Below, in pieces: positions 1-9,207 of a stretch of 64,000 bases of DNA. A program made the translations under genes and the position numbers. Under the pieces are notes generated by a model. The model had not been told where the DNA came from and did not search any database. It saw only the letters and a program-made list of their open reading frames with translations. Each line of letters starts with the position of its first letter. Position 1 is the stretch's first letter. The stretch is from positions 95,370 to 159,369 of the forward strand of contig CAZVKL010000001.1 in assembly GCA_964627845.1 (NCBI GenBank), given 5' to 3'. The stretch is from an uncultured Erysipelothrix sp. Lineage in GTDB: Bacteria > Bacillota_I > Bacilli_A > Erysipelotrichales > Erysipelotrichaceae.

Positions 1-464
1 TTGACATCTTGAATACTGGTAATAAAGTGAATCTGATCAAAGGTTTCAGTGACTGCCAGCGCTTCAGGATGTTTGTCTTTACCCACATAAATCACTTGTG
101 TGCCTGCATTAATAGCATCTTGGATTAAATCATGAGTCGATGAGACATCTTCACAGGTTGCATCGAGAACTTGAAGACCTTTTTCATGAGCGCTTTGTCT
201 AACTTTGTCTGACACACCGTGCGCAGAAAAAATAACGATTCCATCTTGTATTTCATCTAAGAGTTGTAATCTTGATTTGCGTGGATCATTAACCGTCATT
301 ATGTTTCGCTTTTTTAAAGCTTCCACAATGTAGTGATTATGGACCAGTGATCCAAGTATATGAATAGGGGTCTGTGGGTGGGTCTCACGAGCCTTCTTCG
401 CAAGAATTATGGCTCGAATGACGCCTTTACAGTATCCTCTAGGTTTTATATCTATAATTTCCAT
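1..464 (-). CDS. ispH: 4-hydroxy-3-methylbut-2-enyl diphosphate reductase IspH/LytB, N-terminal part (3' end lies outside the window)
   Basis: Absent from the ORF track. Reverse complement from ATG at 462-464 reads MEIIDIKPRGYCKGVIRAI...VIFSAHGVSDKV...LDATCEDV...VGKDKHPEA, matching the IspH motifs PRGFCxGV, FSAHGVS and DATCxxV. GGAG lies 6 nt upstream. Confidence 0.85.
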   Translation of the reverse strand, partial: MEIIDIKPRGYCKGVIRAIILAKKARETHPQTPIHILGSLVHNHYIVEALKKRNIMTVNDPRKSRLQLLDEIQDGIVIFSAHGVSDKVRQSAHEKGLQVLDATCEDVSSTHDLIQDAINAGTQVIYVGKDKHPEALAVTETFDQIHFITSIQDV

Positions 465-504
465 TTTCTATCTCCGTGTAGATAATATACCATAGTTTTG
501 GTTA

Positions 505-513
505 TGGTATAAT
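505..513 (+). promoter_or_regulatory. extended -10 promoter element TGGTATAAT upstream of the helicase gene
   Basis: TGnTATAAT at 505-513, about 24 nt before the ATG at 537, in the divergent ispH/helicase intergenic region. Confidence 0.4.
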
Positions 514-536
514 GTTGATGCAAAGGATGACATCGT

Positions 537-1865
537 ATGAAACAACTATTACAAGAAAAAGCGCAATCATTATTTAAGTTCTTAGAATTTAATGAATTGA
601 CTGCAATACAACAATTTACTTATCAAAAAATCATGAATCATGATGATTTAATTGTCCAATCAGCCACTGGCTCTGGTAAAACGCATGCTTTTTTGTTTCC
701 ATTAATGGACCAAATTGATACAAGCAAGAATTATACTCAAGCAATTATCATCGCACCAACCAGGGAATTGGCGATGCAAATTCATCGTTTCGCAACGGAC
801 ATGAAACAAGTCGATGATAAATTGACACTTGCTTTATTGATTGGGGGGAAAGATCGATTAGAGAATGTTGAAGAAGCTCATATTGTGATTGGGACACCAG
901 GGCGACTTCAAGATGAATTTAGTTCTGGTATGTTATTAGCTCAAAATGCGAAACATGTTATTTTAGATGAAGCCGATATGATTTGGGAATATGGTTTTAT
1001 CGATGAATTAGCGGATGTGATTAACCGGATTAATCAACCATTTCAATTTTTAATTTTCTCAGCAACAATCCCTGATGAACTCCAAGCTTTTGTGAGAAAA
1101 GCGATGACAAATCCTCAAACAATTGTGAACAAAGAGAAGAGTGAGTACAACCCAAAGATTAATCACATTTTAATTCAAGCTGTTGAAAAAGATGTCGTGC
1201 AATCAATTTTAGAAGTCATGGCTTCAGTTCAAATGTCTGGTTGTATTATTTTTAGTAATACCAGAGAACAAGCGGCTGAAATTTCTGATCGATTATCAGA
1301 ATATGGTGTTAATGTTTTAGAACTACATGGTGATTTATCGCCTCGTAAACGAAAACAAACACTGAATAGACTGTTTGATCAAAAACATTTTACGTTGGTT
1401 GCGACAGATATTGCGGCTAGAGGTTTAGACCTACCTTATGTGAGTCATGTTATCTCTGTTGGTTTACCATCTCATTTAGATTTTTATTTTCATCGTGCAG
1501 GACGCTCTTCACGAGCAGGACGAGAGGGAACTTCCATTGTTTTAGTGGATCAAAGTCATCGTCAAGCTGTTTCTAAACTGATATCAATGGGAATTGAATT
1601 TCTTTACAAAAAGATTGATGAAAAAACGATGGTTGATGCGCGTAACTTTTATGAAAAGAAAACGTATCATAAAAAAATCGATCCTGAGATTACTCAAATT
1701 CTGAATCGCAAAAAAGTTAAAGTAAAACCAAATTATAAAAAGAAAAGAAAACAGGCCATTGCTGATTTACACCGTAAAAAACGTCGTGAAATGATTCAAA
1801 GGGAAATTAATGAACAGAAAAAAGAACGAGCCAAAGCCCGTTCTAAAGCAAAACAACAAGATTAA
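537..1865 (+). CDS. DEAD-box ATP-dependent RNA helicase with Lys/Arg-rich C-terminal tail
   Basis: Motifs ATGSGKTHAF, PTRELA, TPGRL, DEAD (ILDEADMI), SAT, ARGLD and HRAGRSSRAG, followed by a KKKRK-rich tail. Confidence 0.92.
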   Translation: MKQLLQEKAQSLFKFLEFNELTAIQQFTYQKIMNHDDLIVQSATGSGKTHAFLFPLMDQIDTSKNYTQAIIIAPTRELAMQIHRFATDMKQVDDKLTLALLIGGKDRLENVEEAHIVIGTPGRLQDEFSSGMLLAQNAKHVILDEADMIWEYGFIDELADVINRINQPFQFLIFSATIPDELQAFVRKAMTNPQTIVNKEKSEYNPKINHILIQAVEKDVVQSILEVMASVQMSGCIIFSNTREQAAEISDRLSEYGVNVLELHGDLSPRKRKQTLNRLFDQKHFTLVATDIAARGLDLPYVSHVISVGLPSHLDFYFHRAGRSSRAGREGTSIVLVDQSHRQAVSKLISMGIEFLYKKIDEKTMVDARNFYEKKTYHKKIDPEITQILNRKKVKVKPNYKKKRKQAIADLHRKKRREMIQREINEQKKERAKARSKAKQQD

Positions 1866-2923
1866 TTTTCAATCATTCTTAATATTTCATCTTTTAAAGT
1901 CTCAACAATTTGATCTTGTGGGACTTTTTTAATTAATTTTCCTTTTTTGAAAAGTAATCCTTCATTTTTGCCACCCGCAATACCAATATCTGCACGTGAA
2001 GCTTCTTGAGGTCCATTAACTGCACATCCCATGACTGCGACTGTTAAGTTAGAATTAATCGATTCTAAGAATTTTTCAATTTCTTTAACATATGGCAACA
2101 TATCATATTGAAGTCGACCACAGGTTGGACATGAGATTAAATCAGGAACGTCTTCCATTAAGTTAAATGCTTTTAACAGTTGTTTAACTATTTTCATCTC
2201 TTCAACGGGATCATCTGAAACAGAGACCCGTATTGTATCACCTAATCCTTCATAAATTAGGACACCTAAGGCAGCACTTGATTTAATGGCTGAGTAGAGG
2301 GTTGTTCCAGCTTCCGTGACACCAATATGGAGTGGGTATTCAAAGGTTTGGGCCGCTAATTTATAGGCCTCGATTGTTAACTTCACTTCACTGGATTTAA
2401 AAGATAAGATTATTTCTCTAAAATCGAGGGATTCAAGTAATGAAACTTGGTCTTGAGCAGACTCAATCATTGCTTGTGCACATGGTCCACCATATTTTTC
2501 TAATAATCTTCTTTCTAATGAACCTGAATTTATTCCAATTCGAATCGGAACCTTGTATTCTTTACACTTATTAACCACAGCAATCACATTTTCTTTTGGA
2601 CCAATATTCCCTGGGTTTAGTCGAATTTTATCAACACCCGCTTCTATGGATGCGATGGCTAAACGGTAATCAAAGTGAATATCGGCAACAATGGGACAAT
2701 TGACTTCTTGTTTAATCGCTTTAATGGCCTTGGCATCTTCCATATCTAAAACGGCGACACGAACAATCTCACAACCATTGGTTAAGAGTGATTTAATTTG
2801 ATGAACGGTCGCTTCAACATCTTTGGTTTTTGTATTGGTCATTGATTGAATAATGATTTTATCCTGTTGACCAATTGTATATTGACCGACTTGTACTGGT
2901 CTTGTCGTTATTCTTGTGAACAT
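1862..2923 (-). CDS. ispG: 4-hydroxy-3-methylbut-2-en-1-yl diphosphate synthase IspG/GcpE
   Basis: 353 aa. Contains the Fe-S ligand motifs SCPTCGR and GCAVNGPQEA typical of IspG. Confidence 0.92.
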   Translation of the reverse strand: MFTRITTRPVQVGQYTIGQQDKIIIQSMTNTKTKDVEATVHQIKSLLTNGCEIVRVAVLDMEDAKAIKAIKQEVNCPIVADIHFDYRLAIASIEAGVDKIRLNPGNIGPKENVIAVVNKCKEYKVPIRIGINSGSLERRLLEKYGGPCAQAMIESAQDQVSLLESLDFREIILSFKSSEVKLTIEAYKLAAQTFEYPLHIGVTEAGTTLYSAIKSSAALGVLIYEGLGDTIRVSVSDDPVEEMKIVKQLLKAFNLMEDVPDLISCPTCGRLQYDMLPYVKEIEKFLESINSNLTVAVMGCAVNGPQEASRADIGIAGGKNEGLLFKKGKLIKKVPQDQIVETLKDEILRMIEN

Positions 2924-2984
2924 AAATCCTCCTATGAGTCGTTACCATTCTACCACAAAATAAGTTATAATTATTGATGACACT

Positions 2985-5093
2985 ATGAGTAGAAAAAGAT
3001 TGTTAAGAGTACAAGAGAGTAATGATGTTTTCGCAAATGAATCATTACAAAAAGAGAAACAACAGCGCATTCAAAAAAAAATTAATCCTCGCTTTATTAT
3101 ATTGTTTGGATTGTTCTTAATTTTAATGCTCTTTATTGCGTCTCGTTTAATCTATTTACAGATTACCCAACATGATAAGTACAGTCAGATTGCTTTAACT
3201 CAATTTGACGAAACGCGGATTGAGTTACCAAATCGAGGAGAAATAGTCGATCGAAATGGGAATATTTTATTAAGTAATCAAGAGAAACTCAATTTTGTTT
3301 ATTTAGCACCCAAGACAGATACGGAAGAAACACGAATTGAAAAAGCAAAAAAGTTTGTTGAATTGTTCGAAGTGGATATCTCTACGATGACCCATCGAGA
3401 TAAACAAGATGCTTATATTTATTATTATCCTGAAGAGATTAGTAAGCTTAATACACCACAAGAACTTGAACAATTTAGTGCTGGAGCGCTTACTAATGCA
3501 GATTTATATCAATTACAATTATCACGAATCACACCGAGCTTAATCAATAATTCTCTTACACAACAACAACTTCAAGAATTCTTCATTCTGATAAAAATGC
3601 GATCACGGATTGATCTAGATATTATTTTAAAAGAGGATGTGACTCATCAAGAAGTGACACAGTTATTGGAACGTTCATTGGATTTTAGTGGTATTGTTGT
3701 TCGTCCTAGCTGGGATCGTTACACAACAGAAGGTCATCATTTAGGTCCGATTTTGGGTGAAATCACCACATCTCGTCAAGGTTTGTTGAGTGATAATTCT
3801 ATCTCCATGCAAGCACTTAATTATCGATTAAATGATCGAGTTGGTCGAAGTGGTTTAGAACAAAAATATGAAAGCTTGTTGGCTGGGGTAAGGACTGAAT
3901 ATTCATTAACGTACTCCCCATCTGGTTTAGTGAATCTTAATGAAATCAATACTGGTCGAAAAGGAGATTCCCTTAAATTAACCATTGATACCGCTTATCA
4001 AAATGACATTGAAACGATTGTCTCTGATTTTGTCTTAGACAAAGCGTATAATGGTTATCATGAATTTTTTAATCAGATGTTTGTGGTTGTTTCCGACCCA
4101 AATAATGGCGATGTATTAGCTTCAGTTGGTATTATTGTGGATGATGATCGAGAAATTATTTACAGCCCTAATGGAACCTATTTAAATGCTTTTCTATCAG
4201 GTTCTAGTATTAAAGGAGCGGTTGTCTATTTAGCTCTTGATGAAGAGGTATTTGCTCCTGGAGAGTTAGTACTTGATGAGCCAATAAAAATTCAAGGGAC
4301 GAGTTTAAAATCATCATCAGCCGTTTTAGGTGAAGTGGATGATATCCGAGCCTTATCTCATTCAAGTAATGTCTATATGTTTAAAACAGCGATAGAATTA
4401 GGAGAAGGGGAGTATGAGTATGATAAACCACTTAACTTGAAATCGGATACGTTTCCTAAAGTACGCTCTAATTTTTCACAATTTGGTTTAGGGGTTGAAA
4501 CTGGTTTAGATGTTCCATTGGAGGAAAGAGGCTTTCAATCGAATTCGACATTACCAGGTTATTTACTTGACTATGTGATAGGACAATATGATTCTTATAC
4601 AGCCATGCAACTTAATCAGTATGTTTCAACAATTGCCAATGGTGAATATCGATATAAAATGAGGCTGGCTTCTGAATCGTATGATACTGTTTCGGATACG
4701 ATAAATTATCAAAATGATGTTCAGATTTTAAATGCGATTGATAATCCAATGGCGATTAGTCGTGTCCAACAAGGATTTAGACAATGTGTCACAGACGGGT
4801 ATTGTCGAGCCTTGAATGATGCTCAATTAGAAACTGCCGCAAAGACTGGTTCTGCTGAAGATTTTCTTTATCAAGATGGTATTAATCATAAGACCGTTAC
4901 CAACACAATGGTTGCGTATGCGCCATTTGATAATCCACAGATTGCGATTTCTTGTATTGCGCCTCATTATACAAATAATGAACGCCAGATAGTTCCTATA
5001 GAACATGGATGTTTAGAAGTCGTTGAGAATATTATAAATCACTATGCTCAAAATAATCAGTTGATTGAACCAGAAATTGAACCAACATATTAG
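2985..5093 (+). CDS. class B penicillin-binding protein (PBP2/FtsI-type transpeptidase)
   Basis: N-terminal TM anchor (FIILFGLFLILMLFIASRLIYLQ). Active-site triad SxxK (SSIK), SxN (SSN) and KTG (KTGSAE). Confidence 0.88.
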   Translation: MSRKRLLRVQESNDVFANESLQKEKQQRIQKKINPRFIILFGLFLILMLFIASRLIYLQITQHDKYSQIALTQFDETRIELPNRGEIVDRNGNILLSNQEKLNFVYLAPKTDTEETRIEKAKKFVELFEVDISTMTHRDKQDAYIYYYPEEISKLNTPQELEQFSAGALTNADLYQLQLSRITPSLINNSLTQQQLQEFFILIKMRSRIDLDIILKEDVTHQEVTQLLERSLDFSGIVVRPSWDRYTTEGHHLGPILGEITTSRQGLLSDNSISMQALNYRLNDRVGRSGLEQKYESLLAGVRTEYSLTYSPSGLVNLNEINTGRKGDSLKLTIDTAYQNDIETIVSDFVLDKAYNGYHEFFNQMFVVVSDPNNGDVLASVGIIVDDDREIIYSPNGTYLNAFLSGSSIKGAVVYLALDEEVFAPGELVLDEPIKIQGTSLKSSSAVLGEVDDIRALSHSSNVYMFKTAIELGEGEYEYDKPLNLKSDTFPKVRSNFSQFGLGVETGLDVPLEERGFQSNSTLPGYLLDYVIGQYDSYTAMQLNQYVSTIANGEYRYKMRLASESYDTVSDTINYQNDVQILNAIDNPMAISRVQQGFRQCVTDGYCRALNDAQLETAAKTGSAEDFLYQDGINHKTVTNTMVAYAPFDNPQIAISCIAPHYTNNERQIVPIEHGCLEVVENIINHYAQNNQLIEPEIEPTY

Positions 5094-5120
5094 TTGATTT
5101 AATGATATTTATGGTATAAT
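5094..5120 (+). promoter_or_regulatory. promoter of rpmG (TTGATT ... TGGTATAAT)
   Basis: -35-like TTGATT at 5094-5099 and extended -10 TGGTATAAT at 5112-5120, 27 nt upstream of the rpmG ATG. Confidence 0.45.
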
Positions 5121-5147
5121 GTTTTAGCACTTAAAGGAGGGATACCC

Positions 5148-5297
5148 ATGAGAGATCAATTTACACTAAAATGTACTGAATGTGGTGAAGAAAACTACAT
5201 CTATACAAAAAATAAAAAGAACCAACCAAATCGTGTTGAGTATAAAAAGTATTGCCCTAGAGAACGTAAAATGACACTTCACCGTGAGAAGAAATAA
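5148..5297 (+). CDS. rpmG: 50S ribosomal protein L33
   Basis: Absent from the ORF track (49 aa). Reads [57 protein letters not shown] lies 6 nt upstream. Closely resembles Bacillus RpmG. Confidence 0.9.
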   Translation: MRDQFTLKCTECGEENYIYTKNKKNQPNRVEYKKYCPRERKMTLHREKK

Positions 5298-5925
5298 TTC
5301 TTATACGGTAAAAACAGCTGTGATGAATCCACTTCAAACGAATTGTTATGTGCTCATTGCAGAGAATAAGGGAATTATATTTGACCCAAGTGTAGACAGT
5401 GGAAACAACATCGATCGCATTTTAAAGAAATGTGAAGGAGTCGATATTGAGGCCATTGTTTTAACGCATGGTCATCATGACCATATAAGTGGGGTTGAAG
5501 AACTGTTAAAACATTTTGATGTTCCTGTTTACGTTCATCCTTTGGATGAACCGTATTTAACCGATAACTATTTAAACTGTGCTCACTTCATCGATCCTGA
5601 ATTTACTTGGAATACTAAAGTAAGTCATTTAGAAGAAGGAATAATGAAAATTGGTTCGTTTGAATTCAATATAAAACTGACTCCAGGCCATACGATTGGT
5701 CATGTTAGTTTGTTTTACCAAGACGCTGTCTTTAGTGGTGATGTTTTATTTAAAGGAAGTATTGGTCGTACTGATCTTCCTGGTGGTAATATGAATCAAA
5801 TGAGAGAAACACTTCGATTTTTTAATTCATTAGAAAATGATTATATAATTTATTGTGGCCATGGACCTACAACACAGTTACTGTTTGAAAAGAAATACAA
5901 TCCATATTTAAGAGAAAACAATTAA
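5284..5925 (+). CDS. MBL-fold metallo-hydrolase (YqgX / hydroxyacylglutathione hydrolase-like)
   Basis: HxHxDH motif ([11 protein letters not shown]) and N-terminal PLQTNCYVL strand. The GTG at 5284 overlaps the rpmG 3' end by 14 nt; ATG at 5323 is an alternative start. Confidence 0.85.
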   Translation: MRRNNSYTVKTAVMNPLQTNCYVLIAENKGIIFDPSVDSGNNIDRILKKCEGVDIEAIVLTHGHHDHISGVEELLKHFDVPVYVHPLDEPYLTDNYLNCAHFIDPEFTWNTKVSHLEEGIMKIGSFEFNIKLTPGHTIGHVSLFYQDAVFSGDVLFKGSIGRTDLPGGNMNQMRETLRFFNSLENDYIIYCGHGPTTQLLFEKKYNPYLRENN

Positions 5926-5946
5926 GTGCAATTTGCACTTTTTTTA
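5924..5946 (+). terminator. intrinsic terminator after the MBL hydrolase gene
   Basis: Hairpin AAGTGCA-ATT-TGCACTT followed by a T-run. Confidence 0.7.
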
Positions 5947-5980
5947 TTTAGGAGTCATCCACTTTTCACCTTAATAAGAA

Positions 5981-6868
5981 GTGGGAGGTGAGAACATCGT
6001 TGAACAACGGTTAGAAGTATTATTAGAAGATGCCATCCAGAGCGCAGCAACAGATATTCATTTTAATTTTTCTTCACAGCATTCCTTAATTCAATTTAGA
6101 ACGCTCAATGGTCTAGTTCAAAAAACAGTTCGTAAAGCTGATTTAGCTTTGTATCATTACTTAAAATATTTAGCACAACTGGATCTAGCTGCCTCAATGA
6201 AACCCCAGTCTGGTGTGTTTTCAATTATGGTATTGGATCAACAATGGCATTGTCGCTTTTCAGCATTAGAAACCTTCAGTGCAAAAAGTGGTGTATTACG
6301 AATTTTAAATTTATCAAAGATTAATGCGCTAGACGATATATCATTACAAAAAGACAAAATCCAACTAATTCGAAAATTATTAAACCATGATAATGGATTA
6401 ATTCTATTTTCTGGAACAACTGGTTCAGGTAAAAGCACGACCTTATTTACAGCTTTATCAGAGCTAAATCATAAAAGCATCTATACGTTAGAGGATCCAA
6501 TTGAGTGTTTATATTCTAATATGATGCAGATTCAAATTAATGAAGCGAATCAGTTTGATTTCCAAGCAGGCATTAAACAATTACTAAGACATGATCCAGA
6601 TATTATTGTTATAGGTGAGATACGAAGTCCTAGTGAAGCACAAGCATTAATTAGAACGAGTCTAACCGGACATATGATCTGTGGCACGATCCATAGTTCG
6701 AGTGCTCAGCAAACCCTTCAAAGATTACTTGACTTTGGATGTTCTAAGGATGATTTAAAAATGATTAATTTAAATATTGTTTTTCAAAAATTAGGTGTTG
6801 TTCAACAGAGAAGAAGTGCAATTCTTGAAATCTTTAACAACCAACAAATCAACCAATCTCTCGGATAG
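5981..6868 (+). CDS. comGA: competence pseudopilus assembly ATPase ComGA (type II/IV secretion ATPase family)
   Basis: Walker A GTTGSGKST, Walker B DPDIIVIGEIR, His box GHMICGTIHS. First gene of a comG-like operon. Start uncertain: GTG at 5981 lies inside a GGGAGGTG Shine-Dalgarno-like run. Confidence 0.85.
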   Translation: MGGENIVEQRLEVLLEDAIQSAATDIHFNFSSQHSLIQFRTLNGLVQKTVRKADLALYHYLKYLAQLDLAASMKPQSGVFSIMVLDQQWHCRFSALETFSAKSGVLRILNLSKINALDDISLQKDKIQLIRKLLNHDNGLILFSGTTGSGKSTTLFTALSELNHKSIYTLEDPIECLYSNMMQIQINEANQFDFQAGIKQLLRHDPDIIVIGEIRSPSEAQALIRTSLTGHMICGTIHSSSAQQTLQRLLDFGCSKDDLKMINLNIVFQKLGVVQQRRSAILEIFNNQQINQSLG

Positions 6869-7787
6869 AAAACAACATGAGATTGAAATTCTTCTAGCGT
6901 ATCTCAAGGCTGGTTTAGATTTTAGTGATACCCAAGCTTTGCTTGATATTAAAGAACCGACCCTTGAACACTATGTCGCACACTTATATCAAAATCAACT
7001 TCAATACAAAATTTTAAGTGAATACTTATCGCTTCAAGACTTACTAAAATACACACTTGAATCAAGATCTTTTAATAAAGATTTGAGACAGAGAATCTTA
7101 AAGATTTTGACCTATCCATTAATACTATATAGCTTAATGTATGGTTTAATGTTGTTCTTTATCGTGTTTTTATTTCCCTCAATGATTAGTATTGTTGAAC
7201 TGTTTGACTTACAGACAACCTTACTAAATATCTTTTATTTCATCCTTCGAGTGATTTTTTTAATCTTAACCTCTTTTAATTTATTGATCATGATGATCGC
7301 CGTGTTGTTATGGAAACGTCAACATCAAAAAATATTTATTAATATCATTAAAGAGGTTCGTTGGTTCTCGATTATTAAAGACATTTATACCCATCAATTT
7401 GCGTATAGTTTTCACTTATTTTTATCGAAAGGATTTCCAACTAAACTGGCTTTAGAGTTGATTAAAGAATCAGAAACATCATATCTGAATGCTTGGTTAG
7501 CAACCATCATTTCGTATCAACTTCAAGAAGGGAAAACGTTCATTGAAAGTATTAATCATCCATTATTGGAAAAACAATTTATTTTAGTCAGTCAACTTGG
7601 GACTCAAAGTAACCAAAGTATTGATTATCTCACCATGTACCTATCTACCAGTAAAAAAGTCATCGAATCAAAATTAAAACAAATTGGAACCATATTGAAA
7701 CTATTAACTTATACATTTTTAGCTTTTTTAATTATTGTGATGTACCAAATACTATTAGCGCCTATGTCTTTATTAGGCAATTTTTGA
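6795..7787 (+). CDS. comGB: ComGB (GspF/PilC-type polytopic platform protein)
   Basis: 330 aa with several TM segments, positioned after comGA. GTG start; 74-nt overlap with comGA. Confidence 0.8.
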   Translation: MLFNREEVQFLKSLTTNKSTNLSDRKQHEIEILLAYLKAGLDFSDTQALLDIKEPTLEHYVAHLYQNQLQYKILSEYLSLQDLLKYTLESRSFNKDLRQRILKILTYPLILYSLMYGLMLFFIVFLFPSMISIVELFDLQTTLLNIFYFILRVIFLILTSFNLLIMMIAVLLWKRQHQKIFINIIKEVRWFSIIKDIYTHQFAYSFHLFLSKGFPTKLALELIKESETSYLNAWLATIISYQLQEGKTFIESINHPLLEKQFILVSQLGTQSNQSIDYLTMYLSTSKKVIESKLKQIGTILKLLTYTFLAFLIIVMYQILLAPMSLLGNF

Positions 7788-7797
7788 AAGGAGAAGT

Positions 7798-8097
7798 ATG
7801 AACAAAAAAAGTGGTTTTACACTATTAGAAATGGTCTTAGTGATGACCGTTATTGCCATTTTATTCTTATTGACTGTCCCAAATATCCAAAATGTAGTGG
7901 GTAGTGTTAGTAAAAAAGGCTGTGATGCACAAACCAAGGTGGTGGATGCAGCCATTATCCAGTATATGCTTGATCATGATTCACAAAGCGCAACGATGAG
8001 TGAGTTAGTATCGGGTGGTTACTTGACACAGAAACAAACCGTTTGTCAGAATGGTCAATCAATTAGTATTGTGAATGGAATTGCGGTTAGTCAATAA
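7798..8097 (+). CDS. comGC: major pseudopilin ComGC (prepilin N-terminal cleavage/methylation domain)
   Basis: KSG/FTLLEMVLVMTVIAILF prepilin motif with Glu at +5, plus two Cys (KKGC...TVCQ) as in ComGC. Confidence 0.85.
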   Translation: MNKKSGFTLLEMVLVMTVIAILFLLTVPNIQNVVGSVSKKGCDAQTKVVDAAIIQYMLDHDSQSATMSELVSGGYLTQKQTVCQNGQSISIVNGIAVSQ

Positions 8098-8395
8098 ACG
8101 AGGCTTTAGTACTTTAGAAGTGCTAATGGTTATTTTTATCGTTTCTATAAGCGTTACTTTATCGTCCATTGTTGTTCCTAGTATTCAATTTAGCCAATTC
8201 AAGAACGACTATTTACTCACTCAATTACAGTCCATTGCTAAAGCGAAACGGATGGTGTTAGAGTCCGAGTATAATTCAAATGTTAACCAGTTAAGTTTTA
8301 ATGCTTTAGGTCATGTCAATCAAGCACAAACCGTTCAGGTCAAAAACAAGCAGTACACTGTCCAACTAGGAATGGGGCGACTTCTTGATGAATAA
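8075..8395 (+). CDS. comGD: minor pseudopilin ComGD
   Basis: KRG/FSTLEVLMVIFIV prepilin motif; operon position. Confidence 0.75.
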   Translation: MELRLVNKRGFSTLEVLMVIFIVSISVTLSSIVVPSIQFSQFKNDYLLTQLQSIAKAKRMVLESEYNSNVNQLSFNALGHVNQAQTVQVKNKQYTVQLGMGRLLDE

Positions 8396-8483
8396 AGGCT
8401 TTATTTTAATCGAAATTCTACTCTCACTCTTTATTATTAGTTTGCTTGCGACACTCTTATTTAATTTGTTGAGTATTTCATGA
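8388..8483 (+). CDS. 31-aa mini-prepilin (ComGE-like)
   Basis: Absent from the ORF track. Reads MNKG/FILIEILLSLFIISLLATLLFNLLSIS: a prepilin motif with Glu at +5 and essentially only the hydrophobic helix. Overlaps comGD by 8 nt; its TGA overlaps the next ATG (ATGA). Confidence 0.6.
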   Translation: MNKGFILIEILLSLFIISLLATLLFNLLSIS

Positions 8484-8860
8484 AAAAAGGATTTACAATG
8501 GTGGAGGCCATGTTAGCGTTATTCTTTTCATCATTCTTACTCTTAATTGTCATTCTACTTTATCAAGGATTTTATTTATATCGTGAGACGTTACCTTATT
8601 ATGATCAAAATAGAATCGGTTTTCTACAATTACAAAATGAGTTTACTGTGAGTTCGCATTTCCAATTAGAAGAAGCATCGCTGTGTTATGAAAAATTCGA
8701 TAATAACTATTGTTTAATCTTTGACCAAAATCGTTTAGTTAAAAAGCCAGGTTATGAGATTTTATTAATTGATGTAAAAGAGGGGAGTTTTAACTATGAG
8801 AACGCTACGATTATTCTTACCATTAATCAAGAATCTTACCGTTTTAAAACCATCCCCTAG
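8480..8860 (+). CDS. comGF: minor pseudopilin ComGF-like
   Basis: KKG/FTMVEAMLALFF prepilin motif; operon position. Confidence 0.7.
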   Translation: MKKGFTMVEAMLALFFSSFLLLIVILLYQGFYLYRETLPYYDQNRIGFLQLQNEFTVSSHFQLEEASLCYEKFDNNYCLIFDQNRLVKKPGYEILLIDVKEGSFNYENATIILTINQESYRFKTIP

Positions 8861-9194
8861 AGCAGGATTTATCCTTGTTCAAACATTAGTCCTATTAATG
8901 TTTGTTTCTAGTTTTTTTGTTGAACTAGGACATCATCAAGCTTATAAAAGGAAGCAGATTGAAACAGAACGGTTGGCTCAAGATATGACGGATTTACATT
9001 ATTTTATTGTCTCACAATTAAGAACGAATCCTTTGGATAGTTATTTTAGTTTTAATTATTACACCATTGAATTTGTTGTCTTAAATGAAACAGATTATTT
9101 AGTTAATGTTAGTGGTCCATCTTCATTTAGAATCAATGCGAGTTTAGACATTGAAAAAATGACTCTAAAATCGTATAATATCAATGATTATTGA
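8796..9194 (+). CDS. comGG: ComGG-like pseudopilin
   Basis: RAG/FILVQTLVLLMFVSSF (Gln instead of Glu at +5, as is typical for ComGG). Last gene of the operon; 65-nt overlap with comGF, start uncertain. Confidence 0.6.
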   Translation: MRTLRLFLPLIKNLTVLKPSPRAGFILVQTLVLLMFVSSFFVELGHHQAYKRKQIETERLAQDMTDLHYFIVSQLRTNPLDSYFSFNYYTIEFVVLNETDYLVNVSGPSSFRINASLDIEKMTLKSYNINDY

Positions 9195-9207
9195 AGGTGA
9201 GGAACTT

